The notes beneath the pieces were generated by a model that saw only the letters and a program-made list of their open reading frames with translations, was not told the DNA's origin and did not search any database. 64,000 bases of DNA from an uncultured Candidatus Saccharibacteria bacterium (GTDB lineage Bacteria; Patescibacteriota; Saccharimonadia; Saccharimonadales; JACDBH01): positions 139,012 to 203,011 of the forward strand of contig CAZXYN010000001.1 in the NCBI GenBank assembly GCA_964644965.1, in the 5' to 3' direction. Positions 47,156-56,564 of this stretch are shown here, piece after piece (within the stretch, counting starts at the first letter, position 1; each line of letters opens with the position of its first letter). The position numbers and the translations under genes are program-made.

Positions 47156-47869
47156 TTGGGCGTTTTCAGCAATATTCAAATCCGGCAGGCCATAAAGGAC
47201 GATCACATCGTATGCGTGCCGTTCAACGAAAAACACGTCAGTCAGGCTAGCCTGGATGTAACGCTTGGCTACCACTACTACCGTGTGGAACGGGCAAATG
47301 AACGCAATATTTATAATCCATTCGACCGCGAGGATGTAGAGCGGTATTTTGATGGACCATACAAGGCCATGCCGCACAAGGCTTGGTGCGATCTAAATGG
47401 TGTTAAGACGCAGAAAAACATTCCAGATGATCATCCGGTGATTGCAATCAAGCCTGGCGAGCGCATCCTGGCCCACACTCATGAATTCTTTGGTATCAAA
47501 CCACCAGGCGCCTGCGAAGTAAAAAGCCGCTCTAGCTGGGGGCGTAACGGCGTGGCTGTGTGTTTTGACGCTGGCTGGATTGACCCAGGCTATGTAAACC
47601 GTCTAACTCTAGAAATCTTTAACCTCAATCAGCGCGAAACAATCTTGCTACCTGTCGGTGAGCGTATTGCTCAGATTGTTTTTCACCACACCGGCGAAGT
47701 AGATGGCAACTATGGTCAAGGTAGAGACAAAGGTTTTAGTGGCAAATACCAGACTGGTACCGACTTCAAATCAATCATAACAACTTGGGATCCAGCTCAA
47801 ATGCTACCAAAGGCCTGGAAAGACAAGCGCGAAATGCCTATCAAACTCGAAGGTGTAAGTTATGAATAG
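47156..47869 (+). CDS. dcd: dCTP deaminase / dUTPase-superfamily protein with a C-terminal extension
   Basis: IVCVPFNEKHVSQASLDVTLG and VCFDAGWIDPGYVNRLTLEIFN match the Dcd family. Confidence 0.7.
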   Translation: MGVFSNIQIRQAIKDDHIVCVPFNEKHVSQASLDVTLGYHYYRVERANERNIYNPFDREDVERYFDGPYKAMPHKAWCDLNGVKTQKNIPDDHPVIAIKPGERILAHTHEFFGIKPPGACEVKSRSSWGRNGVAVCFDAGWIDPGYVNRLTLEIFNLNQRETILLPVGERIAQIVFHHTGEVDGNYGQGRDKGFSGKYQTGTDFKSIITTWDPAQMLPKAWKDKREMPIKLEGVSYE

Positions 47870-47985
47870 ACCACTCACCCAAAGTACTCGGATGGGCGCT
47901 TTACAGGTAGGCTGCGCCCAGCCTGTGGCGCTTGCTTACCCATCAGAGAACTTAGGGTTCATTCTTGGTAGGGATGGAGTGATTT

Positions 47986-50298
47986 ATGAGTAGAGGGCGC
48001 TACATTGTCATAGAAGGACCAGAAGGTGTTGGCAAGACCACTCAGATTGAGACACTAGCAAATCGTTTGCTTGAGGCTGGCTACCCAGTGCGAGTTTTTC
48101 GTGAGCCAGATAGCCAAACAGACCTAACGGCTAGAACAATTAGGCAGATGACTCAAGACCCAAACTACCCAATGAATACTCGTACTGAAGTGCTACTTTA
48201 TAACGCTGCTCGCAGCCAATCCCTAGAGGTAATCCGTAAAGCCCGCGACCAAGGTGTCATCTGCTTGTGCGATAGAAACTACCTTACAACACTAGCAATT
48301 CAATACTATGGCCGCGGTGATGTGCCGGATTATGAGACTATCACTAGCATTATCGATTTTGCAGTCGCCGACATGCAACCAGACATGACCATTGTGCTCG
48401 ACGCACCAGTGCAGACACTGCGCCAGCGAGCTCATGATAGAGGGGCAGGCGAGAGATTTGACAATCTTGACGAAGCCTTTCTTGAACGAGTACGAGCTGG
48501 CTACCTTTGGGAAGCAAAGCAGCGTAACTTACCTGTGGTATTTGCCAGCAATTCACAGGAGCAAGTTGCCGAGGACATTTGGAAAACTATTCATGGAAAA
48601 ATGTCTGTGCAAGTTGCAGAGAACACAGCTCCACCAGTTAGCTTGGCTGCACCAGCTACATCAATAAAAGAAGTGATAGACAAGAAAAAAGAGACCATTC
48701 ACGAGCCTCAAGACATTGAATATGTTAAGAAAAATGACAATGGCAATTATGAAATCACCCCTGATGGCAAAGCTTTCTTGGGCGACGCAGTCACGAATAC
48801 TGACGGCGATGTTTATGGATTCACCGACAAACTTAGCACTACAACCATAGCTGCAGCCATGGCACGTCTCAGTCGGCGCGGTGACGATATGCGTATCACT
48901 ATACTCGATGAGTTTGCTGGCGCTATGGGTAAGGACGAGAAGCTCTTGCATCGAGTTATCACGGCTTATGGCGACGATTCTGTCCAACAACTGGTTGGCC
49001 AGCATTTGGTTGTTGAGAACGCCAGTAATTTGCTAACTAAGAAGCTCGAATGGGGCAGGCTAGCCAGCTACCTAGAACAATCAACTCGCTATATTTACTT
49101 CGATCAAAAGGACGACCAGGGTCGCTACCGTTACTTTGTGCCAAAGGATCTGCCAAAAGCAGTCAAGGCCAGATACATCAGTGCCATGGACGATATCTTT
49201 GATAATTATTCGGACATGGTGCGCAATATTACAGATTATGTTCGGGCTAACAGCAAGGTTCCAAAGGCCGAGCGAGACGCAGCCTTCAACGGTGCTACTC
49301 GCGCTCAAGCCTGCGATGCAATACGTCCGGTACTACCTGTGGCAACCAAATCAACTGTCGGTATTTATGCATCAGGTCAGGCGCTAGAGAGCCTAATTAT
49401 GCACCTGATGAGTGATGAGCTCCCAGAAGCCAAGACAACTGGTGAGGCCATGCTGCGGGAAGCTCGCAAGACTATTCCGACCTTCCTAGAACGAGCTGAT
49501 AAGCCAGATCGTGGTGGAGCCGCTATCGCTTACAGAGCTCAGACTTACAAATCCATGAAAGAACTGGCCGAAAAGCAAGTCCCGGGCACGCTGGGCAATC
49601 TAGACGATGATGTGCAGCTGGTGGACTACTGGCCCCGCAACGAGCTCGATTTGCTTCCGCACATGCTCTACGAACATTCAGCGCTAAGTCTGAAGGATTT
49701 ACAAAAAGAAGTTGCCGGCTGGTCATATGATCAGAAAACTGAGGCATTCATAACCTACATGGGCGAACGGCTCAATCGCCGCCACCGCCCAGGCCGCGCA
49801 TTAGAAATAGCTCACTATAGCTGGGATCTCATCTGTGATTATGGTATTTTTCGTGATTTGCAGCGCCATCGTATGGTCGACAGCCTAGAGTGGCAGCCAC
49901 TGACACCGCGCTACGGATTTGATATACCAGAACTCGTCGAAAAGGCCGGTTTGAGCGAACAGTTTGAAGCTTGTTTTGATAAAAGTGCCGAACTATACAG
50001 TTACTTGCAGTCTAAAGGCTTTGCGCTCGAAGCCCAGTATGCGACCCTGTTAGGCCACCGAATGCGCTGGAAGATTACTTACAACGCCCGCGAGGCCTTC
50101 CACCTGCACGAACTCCGTACCAGCCCACAAGGCCACCCGGGCTATCGAAAACTTGTCAAAGAAATGCACGACAAGTTAACAGAAGTTCATCCACTACTTG
50201 GGCAGGCAATGAAGTTTGTTAATAAAGGCGAAGACGAAGAGCTAACCCGTCTAGCCGCCGAGCGCTACACCCAATTCAAGCTAAACAACCTATCTTAG
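47986..50298 (+). CDS. tmk: Fusion protein: thymidylate kinase (N-terminal ~205 aa) plus tandem flavin-dependent thymidylate synthase ThyX-like domains
   Basis: Tmk P-loop IVIEGPEGVGKTTQ and CDRNYLTTLAIQ. C-terminal ThyX signature LQRHRMVDSLEWQPLTPRY and HLHELRTSPQGHPGYRKL. An upstream degenerate copy carries WGRLASYLEQSTRY in place of RHR...S..RY. Confidence 0.7.
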   Translation: MSRGRYIVIEGPEGVGKTTQIETLANRLLEAGYPVRVFREPDSQTDLTARTIRQMTQDPNYPMNTRTEVLLYNAARSQSLEVIRKARDQGVICLCDRNYLTTLAIQYYGRGDVPDYETITSIIDFAVADMQPDMTIVLDAPVQTLRQRAHDRGAGERFDNLDEAFLERVRAGYLWEAKQRNLPVVFASNSQEQVAEDIWKTIHGKMSVQVAENTAPPVSLAAPATSIKEVIDKKKETIHEPQDIEYVKKNDNGNYEITPDGKAFLGDAVTNTDGDVYGFTDKLSTTTIAAAMARLSRRGDDMRITILDEFAGAMGKDEKLLHRVITAYGDDSVQQLVGQHLVVENASNLLTKKLEWGRLASYLEQSTRYIYFDQKDDQGRYRYFVPKDLPKAVKARYISAMDDIFDNYSDMVRNITDYVRANSKVPKAERDAAFNGATRAQACDAIRPVLPVATKSTVGIYASGQALESLIMHLMSDELPEAKTTGEAMLREARKTIPTFLERADKPDRGGAAIAYRAQTYKSMKELAEKQVPGTLGNLDDDVQLVDYWPRNELDLLPHMLYEHSALSLKDLQKEVAGWSYDQKTEAFITYMGERLNRRHRPGRALEIAHYSWDLICDYGIFRDLQRHRMVDSLEWQPLTPRYGFDIPELVEKAGLSEQFEACFDKSAELYSYLQSKGFALEAQYATLLGHRMRWKITYNAREAFHLHELRTSPQGHPGYRKLVKEMHDKLTEVHPLLGQAMKFVNKGEDEELTRLAAERYTQFKLNNLS

Positions 50299-50465
50299 CT
50301 AGATGTATTGTTAGGTCAGGACTGTCAATAATAAGCGATGCGTAGCAGCTGCTACTCAGAGTGAATTATTGGCAGTTATGGACAACAAGACGCTGGCTAA
50401 GACAGTTATTTTAGTTTGAATTTGGGTGTACCAACCCAAAGTTCAAGCTAGAACAGCTCAAATAA

Positions 50466-50648
50466 CTAGTCTTCGTAAATACCCCAGTCTGGACCTATGC
50501 TTAGTAGTGCCGCACCGAGGGTTAGACCCTCTCCTCTTAGCCTCATAAGTTCTGCTCGCTCCGAGTCGAATTCTTGTTGAGGGGTACGACCATCATGTAC
50601 GAGCCTTGGCTCGCCGTCTATTTCTGGTTCTCTTTCAGTTATTGACAT
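50466..50648 (-). CDS. Small hypothetical protein (60 aa)
   Basis: Good SD (AGGAGATATATAAAATG on the minus strand); acidic. Confidence 0.35.
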   Translation of the reverse strand: MSITEREPEIDGEPRLVHDGRTPQQEFDSERAELMRLRGEGLTLGAALLSIGPDWGIYED

Positions 50649-50944
50649 TTTATATATCTCCTAATTTATTCTTGTGATGAAGTGACAACTGGAGGTGAAA
50701 GGCTTGGGGAGGAGCGAAAGGCTCATTATTGACTCCCCAGCCACAGTGGTAGGCTTTGTTATTTTCCGGGCAGAATGGCGCAACCCATTTGTGAGCGCGT
50801 ACTTAACAAAGTAGTTAGACAGGATGGGCAACGGGCCGCAATCCTTGCGAGGAAGAAAGGAGATTTCCTCTATCTAGCTCGCTACGTGAACGAGGCTGCC
50901 ATATAAGGCGCCACGCGTAGCCCTACCACAACCTCGAAGGAACT

Positions 50945-51144
50945 TCAGCTCGAATCGGCCAGCGTGTTAGCACGCGCTTCAGTCTCATGCCGATCAATGA
51001 CATCGAGGAGGCTCTGTACCTCTGGTTCTCCGAGCATATCTCTATTCGAGAGCACATACTTTCGTGCACTATCGTACATGCCATACTCAATGCGTGACGA
51101 TAGTTCGTCATCAAAGTGCCTATACCTCTCATCCTGACGGCTCA
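50945..51144 (-). CDS. Small hypothetical protein (~66 aa from MSRQDERY)
   Basis: GGAGG SD upstream of the internal ATG; the track ORF extends to 51181. Confidence 0.3.
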
Positions 51145-51476
51145 TAGTATCCTCCAGTTGTCCAAATTGTGTGTTCCGCAATTTACGGAACAGGTACTAT
51201 CCCCCACGGGGACGGTAGGAAGCGGTGCTTCCATGGCTATCGTCAAATCATTGATGACAATCATGGACTCGCCGATAAAAAAACCGGATCCCTTTGGTTG
51301 GAATCCGGTGTTTGTTTTCGAGCTTTTTGGCGCGTACTAGATTCCAACCATTATTTCGCCACAATAAACGCATAACCGAGCTTGTGGCTTGGCATACACT
51401 TGGCGAGAATGGTTTGGATCATTTGTATCACGAGTATTGAATGTACGCCTGTCTAAATTGGTTGTCAAGTAATTGG

Positions 51477-51505
51477 TTGACTTTTGTACGTTTTACCCCT
51501 ATAAT
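51477..51505 (+). promoter_or_regulatory. Consensus sigma70 promoter for rplJL
   Basis: TTGACT, 17 nt spacer, TATAAT. Confidence 0.55.
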
Positions 51506-51748
51506 AATCAGTGATTACCAAAGACAGTAGCTGTCAGTAAAATGACTTAATTTGCTACCGAGGCGATTTAGTAGATAGTAGCTAGTAGCTAGTATTTAGT
51601 AAACTCCTGTAAATGTCCCTGGTTAGTCCTGGGACTTTTTTAGTTCTAGTAATCAGCAGAATCTTTCGGTCGATAAGATTATGCAACTGTAAACCATAAC
51701 TTCGTACTTAGTACTCCATACTTTGTACCTTACTCCAAAGGAGTATCA
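51506..51748 (+). promoter_or_regulatory. rplJ (L10) leader with an attenuator-like hairpin
   Basis: ~240-nt untranslated leader; GTCCCTGGTTAGTCCTGGGACTTTTTT hairpin at 51615-51641; TAGTAGCTAG direct repeats. Confidence 0.45.
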
Positions 51749-52270
51749 ATGGCTTTAACAAAAGACAAGAAACACGAAGTTGTCGCCCAGGTAAGCGAAC
51801 TACTAGCTTCATCGAAGCTAACCGTGGTCGCCGAGTACAAGGGCACAACCGTAAAAGCAATCCAGACTCTGCGCCGTGAAGCAAAGGGAAATGGCACCAA
51901 AGTAAGCGTTATCAAGAACCGCCTGGTTATCAAGGCGCTTGAAAGTAGCGACACTTTCAAAGACATCGAAACAGGTGTTTTTACCGGTCAGCTCCTATAT
52001 GCATTCAACAGCGAAGACGAGGTTGCTCCTGCACAAGTACTAGATACTTTTGCTAAGAGCAATCCTAATCTTCAGTTTGTTGGTGCAATCACCGCTGACG
52101 GACAGTTTATGAGCGCAGACGACGTTAAATCGCTTGCAGGCCTACCAAGCAAGAATGAGCTTATCGCTCAGGTTATTGCAACTCTGCAGTCACCGGTTAA
52201 CGATGTCATGAGTGGCCTATCAGGCAACTTGCACGCTCTACTGGACGGTATTGAGGCGAAAGCAGCCTAA
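51749..52270 (+). CDS. rplJ: 50S ribosomal protein L10
   Basis: MALTKDKKHEVVAQVSELLASSKLTVVAEYKGTTV. Confidence 0.9.
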   Translation: MALTKDKKHEVVAQVSELLASSKLTVVAEYKGTTVKAIQTLRREAKGNGTKVSVIKNRLVIKALESSDTFKDIETGVFTGQLLYAFNSEDEVAPAQVLDTFAKSNPNLQFVGAITADGQFMSADDVKSLAGLPSKNELIAQVIATLQSPVNDVMSGLSGNLHALLDGIEAKAA

Positions 52271-52402
52271 GCTGCAAATTTAACAATTTACCGGTTATCA
52301 TTTACTAATTATTTGCCATTTGACCATTAACCAGAGGTCCTCTGACAAATAAAAACTGGTAAATGTGCAAATGATAAATAATATCTCAAGGAGATTAATC
52401 AA

Positions 52403-52789
52403 ATGGCGAAAGATCTAAAGAAACTCGCAGAAGAACTTACAAGCCTAACTGTGCTTGAAGTAAACGAACTAAAGAACGTCCTTAAGGACGAATACGGCAT
52501 TGAGCCAGCTGCTGCAGCTGCAGTTGTTGCTGGTCCTGCTGCTGGCGGTGACGCTGGTGCACAAGCGGACGAAGGCAAAGCTGAATACGATGTTGTCCTT
52601 AAGGACGCAGGCGCTCAGAAGGTTGCTGTTATCAAGGCTGTCAAAGACATCACTGGTCTTGGCCTAGGCGAAGCAAAAGCTATCGTAGACGGCGCTCCAA
52701 AGACCGTTGTCGAGAAGGCTCCAAAAGAAGAAGCAGAAGCTCACAAGAAGACTCTTGAAGAAGCTGGCGCTACTGTCGAACTATCATAA
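52403..52789 (+). CDS. rplL: 50S ribosomal protein L7/L12
   Basis: Ala-rich hinge plus C-terminal domain [28 protein letters not shown]... Confidence 0.95.
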   Translation: MAKDLKKLAEELTSLTVLEVNELKNVLKDEYGIEPAAAAAVVAGPAAGGDAGAQADEGKAEYDVVLKDAGAQKVAVIKAVKDITGLGLGEAKAIVDGAPKTVVEKAPKEEAEAHKKTLEEAGATVELS

Positions 52790-52972
52790 GGAAACCTATC
52801 TCGGTTTCCTTATCGCGCGGTGTCCAAGCAAAGCTTGAACTCCGGCTGTTCATCAGTGAGTAAGGAAAAAGGACCACGAATTTACTTCGTGGTCCTTTGT
52901 TAATACAAAGCTTTAGCTGGAAGAATTATTCGTACAGTGATGAAACACGGTGTTAGTTTGACTAGCACCGTG
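52789..52972 (+). terminator. Cluster of three intrinsic terminator hairpins after rplL
   Basis: AGGAAACCTATCTCGGTTTCCT; AGGACCACGAATTTACTTCGTGGTCCTTTGTT; AACACGGTG...CACCGTGTTTTTATTTT. Confidence 0.6.
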
Positions 52973-53030
52973 TTTTTATTTTGCTTACGCCTTTTCAGGA
53001 CCCACTATGTCTGTATAATCAGTAGTCAGT

Positions 53031-53591
53031 ATGGATTACAATCAGTTCACCCAGCCAGAGCAATCAACACCAGCTAGTGCTCCTGTTCCTGACGTAGCGC
53101 CACAACCTCCATTAGAGCAAAAGCCCAAAAAGAATAGACTTTTATTTGTAGTACTAGCTGTGGTAACTTTGGCCGGCTTGAGCGCTGGAGCATATTATTT
53201 GTACGACTCTAGACAGAGCAACCAGTCAGACGATTTGGTCATTCCGGCAGAGACAGTCATCAGTACAGAAACAGATACCAGCGTGTACGAAGCTCGTGTC
53301 TCTAGGCTTGTTACTGCTAGCGAAGGATACGCAGCAGCCAACAATGGCACTTTGCCAACTGTCAACGACATAGACACTGCCTTTGTCGTCAAATACCTAA
53401 ACAACGATTTTACCGACCCAAACACTGGACTAGCCTTCGTTATAACCGAGAACAACCCAGCTCCTGGAGAAATCCAATACGTCACTAGCGCAACATGTAA
53501 CGAAGACGGGGCAATTACAGAAGGCTCTTCGAGTCAGTTTGTCGTAAGGGCGCTTGTTACTGATGGCACAATCTACTGCACAGGCAACTAG
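53031..53591 (+). CDS. Membrane-anchored secreted protein with a Pro-rich N-terminus
   Basis: TM LLFVVLAVVTLAGLSAGAYYL; same architecture as the 45991-46944 product. Confidence 0.45.
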   Translation: MDYNQFTQPEQSTPASAPVPDVAPQPPLEQKPKKNRLLFVVLAVVTLAGLSAGAYYLYDSRQSNQSDDLVIPAETVISTETDTSVYEARVSRLVTASEGYAAANNGTLPTVNDIDTAFVVKYLNNDFTDPNTGLAFVITENNPAPGEIQYVTSATCNEDGAITEGSSSQFVVRALVTDGTIYCTGN

Positions 53592-53716
53592 TTTTTGTAA
53601 TAAAAGTTATCCACAGCACATGCTGCTTATCTTTGACTTGACAGATTCACTATGGTACGGTTAGGCGTAAGTGTACCTGATGGAAAATAAATTGCGAGAA
53701 AGAAAAAGTACAAAAG

Positions 53717-54223
53717 ATGGCGGAGTTACCAGAAAAACAAGTAAAAAGATTAAAATCTCTAATCCAAGAGGCTGAAACTAATTTGGCTGCTGCCAAGGAG
53801 TTGCTCATCAGCCTGGTTGGTGATGACAGCGTCGCTACTACCCCTAGCACGGATGAACAAGTTGGCAAAATTATCGAAGGTGTATTTGATGGCCAAAATA
53901 TGGTTGGCAGCGATGCCAAAACATACCCGGTTCCAGCTAACTACGCCAGCAAATCAAAGCTCGTCCAGGGTGACATTCTTAAGCTTACAATCGCTGACGA
54001 CGGCGCATTTCTCTATAAGCAAATCGGCCCAATCCCACGCAAACAAGTTGTTGGCACGCTTACCCAAAAAGACGGCCATTACACTGTAAACTTCGACGGC
54101 AAAGACTACCGCGTACTACTAGCTAGCGTAACTTATTTCAAGGCAAAACAAGGCGACCAAGTCAGCATCAACATCCCAGAAGATGGCAATGCCGAATGGG
54201 CAGCACTCGAAGCAGCTCTCTAA
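53717..54223 (+). CDS. Hypothetical protein
   Basis: 168 aa ORF, no recognisable motif. Confidence 0.45.
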   Translation: MAELPEKQVKRLKSLIQEAETNLAAAKELLISLVGDDSVATTPSTDEQVGKIIEGVFDGQNMVGSDAKTYPVPANYASKSKLVQGDILKLTIADDGAFLYKQIGPIPRKQVVGTLTQKDGHYTVNFDGKDYRVLLASVTYFKAKQGDQVSINIPEDGNAEWAALEAAL

Positions 54224-54264
54224 GCTCTCATGGTTATATCTGATAATCACTGTATTATCTGTTC

Positions 54265-54855
54265 ATGAATCAAAAATTTGTTGAGACCTCTCAGGCAATC
54301 GCAGAGGCAACTCATGATATTGCCACACCATCTAATGGGTTGAGCTTGGCCGGCTTTGGGTTTGTTATGCATGGAGCAAGTAGACTAAATACATGGAGTG
54401 GTCTGATAGAAACTGGCGCAGGTTTTGTTGCAGATATATATGATGGTAAGCTTGCTAGAGCTACCGGAACAAACAGTGACCTAGGTGAGAAAGTTGACGC
54501 TAGCTTAGACAAGATCAAAACCGGTTACTTTGCTACGAGACTACTCGTGGAGAACAAGGCACCACGTCACTTAATTTATAGCATCATTGGGCAGAATGTT
54601 ATCAATGCAGGTATTACACTTTATGATCAAAAAAAGAATCCTATTCAGAATGTGCATCCAATAAAAGCTGGAAAATACGGCATGTTCGCCCAAAACGCCG
54701 GACTTGGCTTGCATGCAGTAGGTTCTAAACTAGCAGAAACTCATCCAAAGTATGGCCGTGCTACCAAAATACTAGGCACCACAGTCGCTTATTCGGGTGT
54801 AACTCTAAGTCTACTTGCATCCAAAGAATATGCTCGGCAGGCACATCTAATCTAA
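54265..54855 (+). CDS. CDP-alcohol phosphatidyltransferase-family protein
   Basis: DIYDGKLARATGTNSDLGEKVDASLDKI matches D-G-x2-A-R-x8-G-x3-D-x3-D. Confidence 0.6.
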   Translation: MNQKFVETSQAIAEATHDIATPSNGLSLAGFGFVMHGASRLNTWSGLIETGAGFVADIYDGKLARATGTNSDLGEKVDASLDKIKTGYFATRLLVENKAPRHLIYSIIGQNVINAGITLYDQKKNPIQNVHPIKAGKYGMFAQNAGLGLHAVGSKLAETHPKYGRATKILGTTVAYSGVTLSLLASKEYARQAHLI

Positions 54856-54991
54856 AAACTCGCTATCTATGAACAGCTTATCCCCGTGTTATCAACAACA
54901 GGGGTGGTAGTGGATTGCTACAACGCGTATACTATAAAGACAAAGGGAGTAAGGGTAGGCGATCGGTTTTTCTGACGCCCTAAATTCGCAG

Positions 54992-56461
54992 ATGAGCAAA
55001 GCACTATATAGAAAATATCGATCTAAAAACTTGGCCGAAATTGAGGGTCAGTCACATATTACCCAGACGCTTGATAACGCCATAAAACAAGGCAAAATTA
55101 GTCACGCCTATTTATTCACCGGTCCACGTGGTGTTGGCAAAACGTCAATTGCTCGCATCTTGGCTCATGAAGTCAATGGTCTAGATTATTCAGATGAATC
55201 CATACATCTAGATATCATCGAGATTGACGCCGCATCAAACCGAAGAATTGATGAGATTCGAGACTTGCGCGACAAGGTGCATATCGCTCCTACTAGTGCA
55301 AAGTATAAAGTCTACATTATTGATGAAGTTCACATGCTCACCCGTGAAGCCTTTAACGCACTACTTAAGACTCTGGAGGAACCACCAGCTCACGTTATAT
55401 TCATATTAGCGACTACCGAGCTTCATAAACTACCAGAGACTATCATTAGTAGAACACAGCGTTTTACATTCAAGCCTATTGAAAATGATGTTGCGGTCCA
55501 GCACCTAGCCAAAATCGCTAAGGCTGAGGATATAAAAATTGATAAAGAAGCCCTACAGCTGCTTGCCGAGCACGGCAAGGGAAGTTTTCGCGATAGCATC
55601 AGTCTGCTTGATCAGATTGGACACAGTGACAGTCAAATCACGGCCGATGATGTTCGCCTAATTATTGGTCTAGCATCCCAGGAGCATGTACAACGGACTC
55701 TGGACGCTGTTTTCCAGGGCACAACCAAGGACTTAGTAGACGCTATAAATTCATTCATAGCAGCGGGTGTAAGCGCTGCTCAGGCTGCCAAACAGCTCAG
55801 TAGTTTACTACGAGAACAAATTATAAATGATAACGTTAACGAAACATCGCTAGCATTACTTGGTGACCTATTGGCAGTATCACAGAGTAGCGAACCAACT
55901 ACAGCGCTTGAAATCGCCTTATTCAAGGCTCATATCGTGGCACAGCCAGAGTCTAAAACCACTCCAAAGCCAAAACTAGTCACGAAATCACCCCAGAAAA
56001 CCACGAAGCCAGCCGTAGAAGAACCTGCGGAAATAGAGATAGAAGTACCAGTCCAAGAACAACCAGAACCAGTAGCTCCAGAACAGGCTCCAGTAGTAAC
56101 AGGTGAAAGTGCTGAATGGTGGGGAGATGTGCTCAATCAAATTAAAGCCGTCAATAATACTCTGTACGGAATTCTTCGTATGGCCGAGCCTAAGGTAAAC
56201 GGCGACACACTACACTTAAGCTTTGGGTTTGGTTTTCACAAAAAGAAGGTGGCTGACTCAGACACCCAAGCAAAGATTCACGAAGCAATCAAAAAAGTTA
56301 CCGGTAGCTCATACCAGATAAAAGCTATACACGACAAAAATATCACCCAACAACCAGCCGCAAAAACCAAGAAGCCAGAGCCAGTTATAGAAGAAGCGGT
56401 AAATGAAGAATTAGAATCAATTACAAACGTATTCGGTGGAGGAGAGGTGCTAGAATCATGA
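54992..56461 (+). CDS. dnaX: DNA polymerase III gamma/tau subunit
   Basis: HAYLFTGPRGVGKTSIARILA; AAA+ with sensor motifs; 489 aa. Confidence 0.9.
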   Translation: MSKALYRKYRSKNLAEIEGQSHITQTLDNAIKQGKISHAYLFTGPRGVGKTSIARILAHEVNGLDYSDESIHLDIIEIDAASNRRIDEIRDLRDKVHIAPTSAKYKVYIIDEVHMLTREAFNALLKTLEEPPAHVIFILATTELHKLPETIISRTQRFTFKPIENDVAVQHLAKIAKAEDIKIDKEALQLLAEHGKGSFRDSISLLDQIGHSDSQITADDVRLIIGLASQEHVQRTLDAVFQGTTKDLVDAINSFIAAGVSAAQAAKQLSSLLREQIINDNVNETSLALLGDLLAVSQSSEPTTALEIALFKAHIVAQPESKTTPKPKLVTKSPQKTTKPAVEEPAEIEIEVPVQEQPEPVAPEQAPVVTGESAEWWGDVLNQIKAVNNTLYGILRMAEPKVNGDTLHLSFGFGFHKKKVADSDTQAKIHEAIKKVTGSSYQIKAIHDKNITQQPAAKTKKPEPVIEEAVNEELESITNVFGGGEVLES

Positions 56462-56564
56462 ATGCCGTTACCCCGCAAGCAAACTTCTTAAGTTTTGCTA
56501 CTAAACCACCGATAAGTATTTCCACGAATAGACAAAACGCGATAGCTAGACGGAGCGTAACGGT

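Noticed and set aside
51116-51375. Two overlapping + strand ORFs (74 and 68 aa) in the spacer before rplJ
   Set aside because: No RBS, mutually overlapping, and they cover a terminator hairpin.
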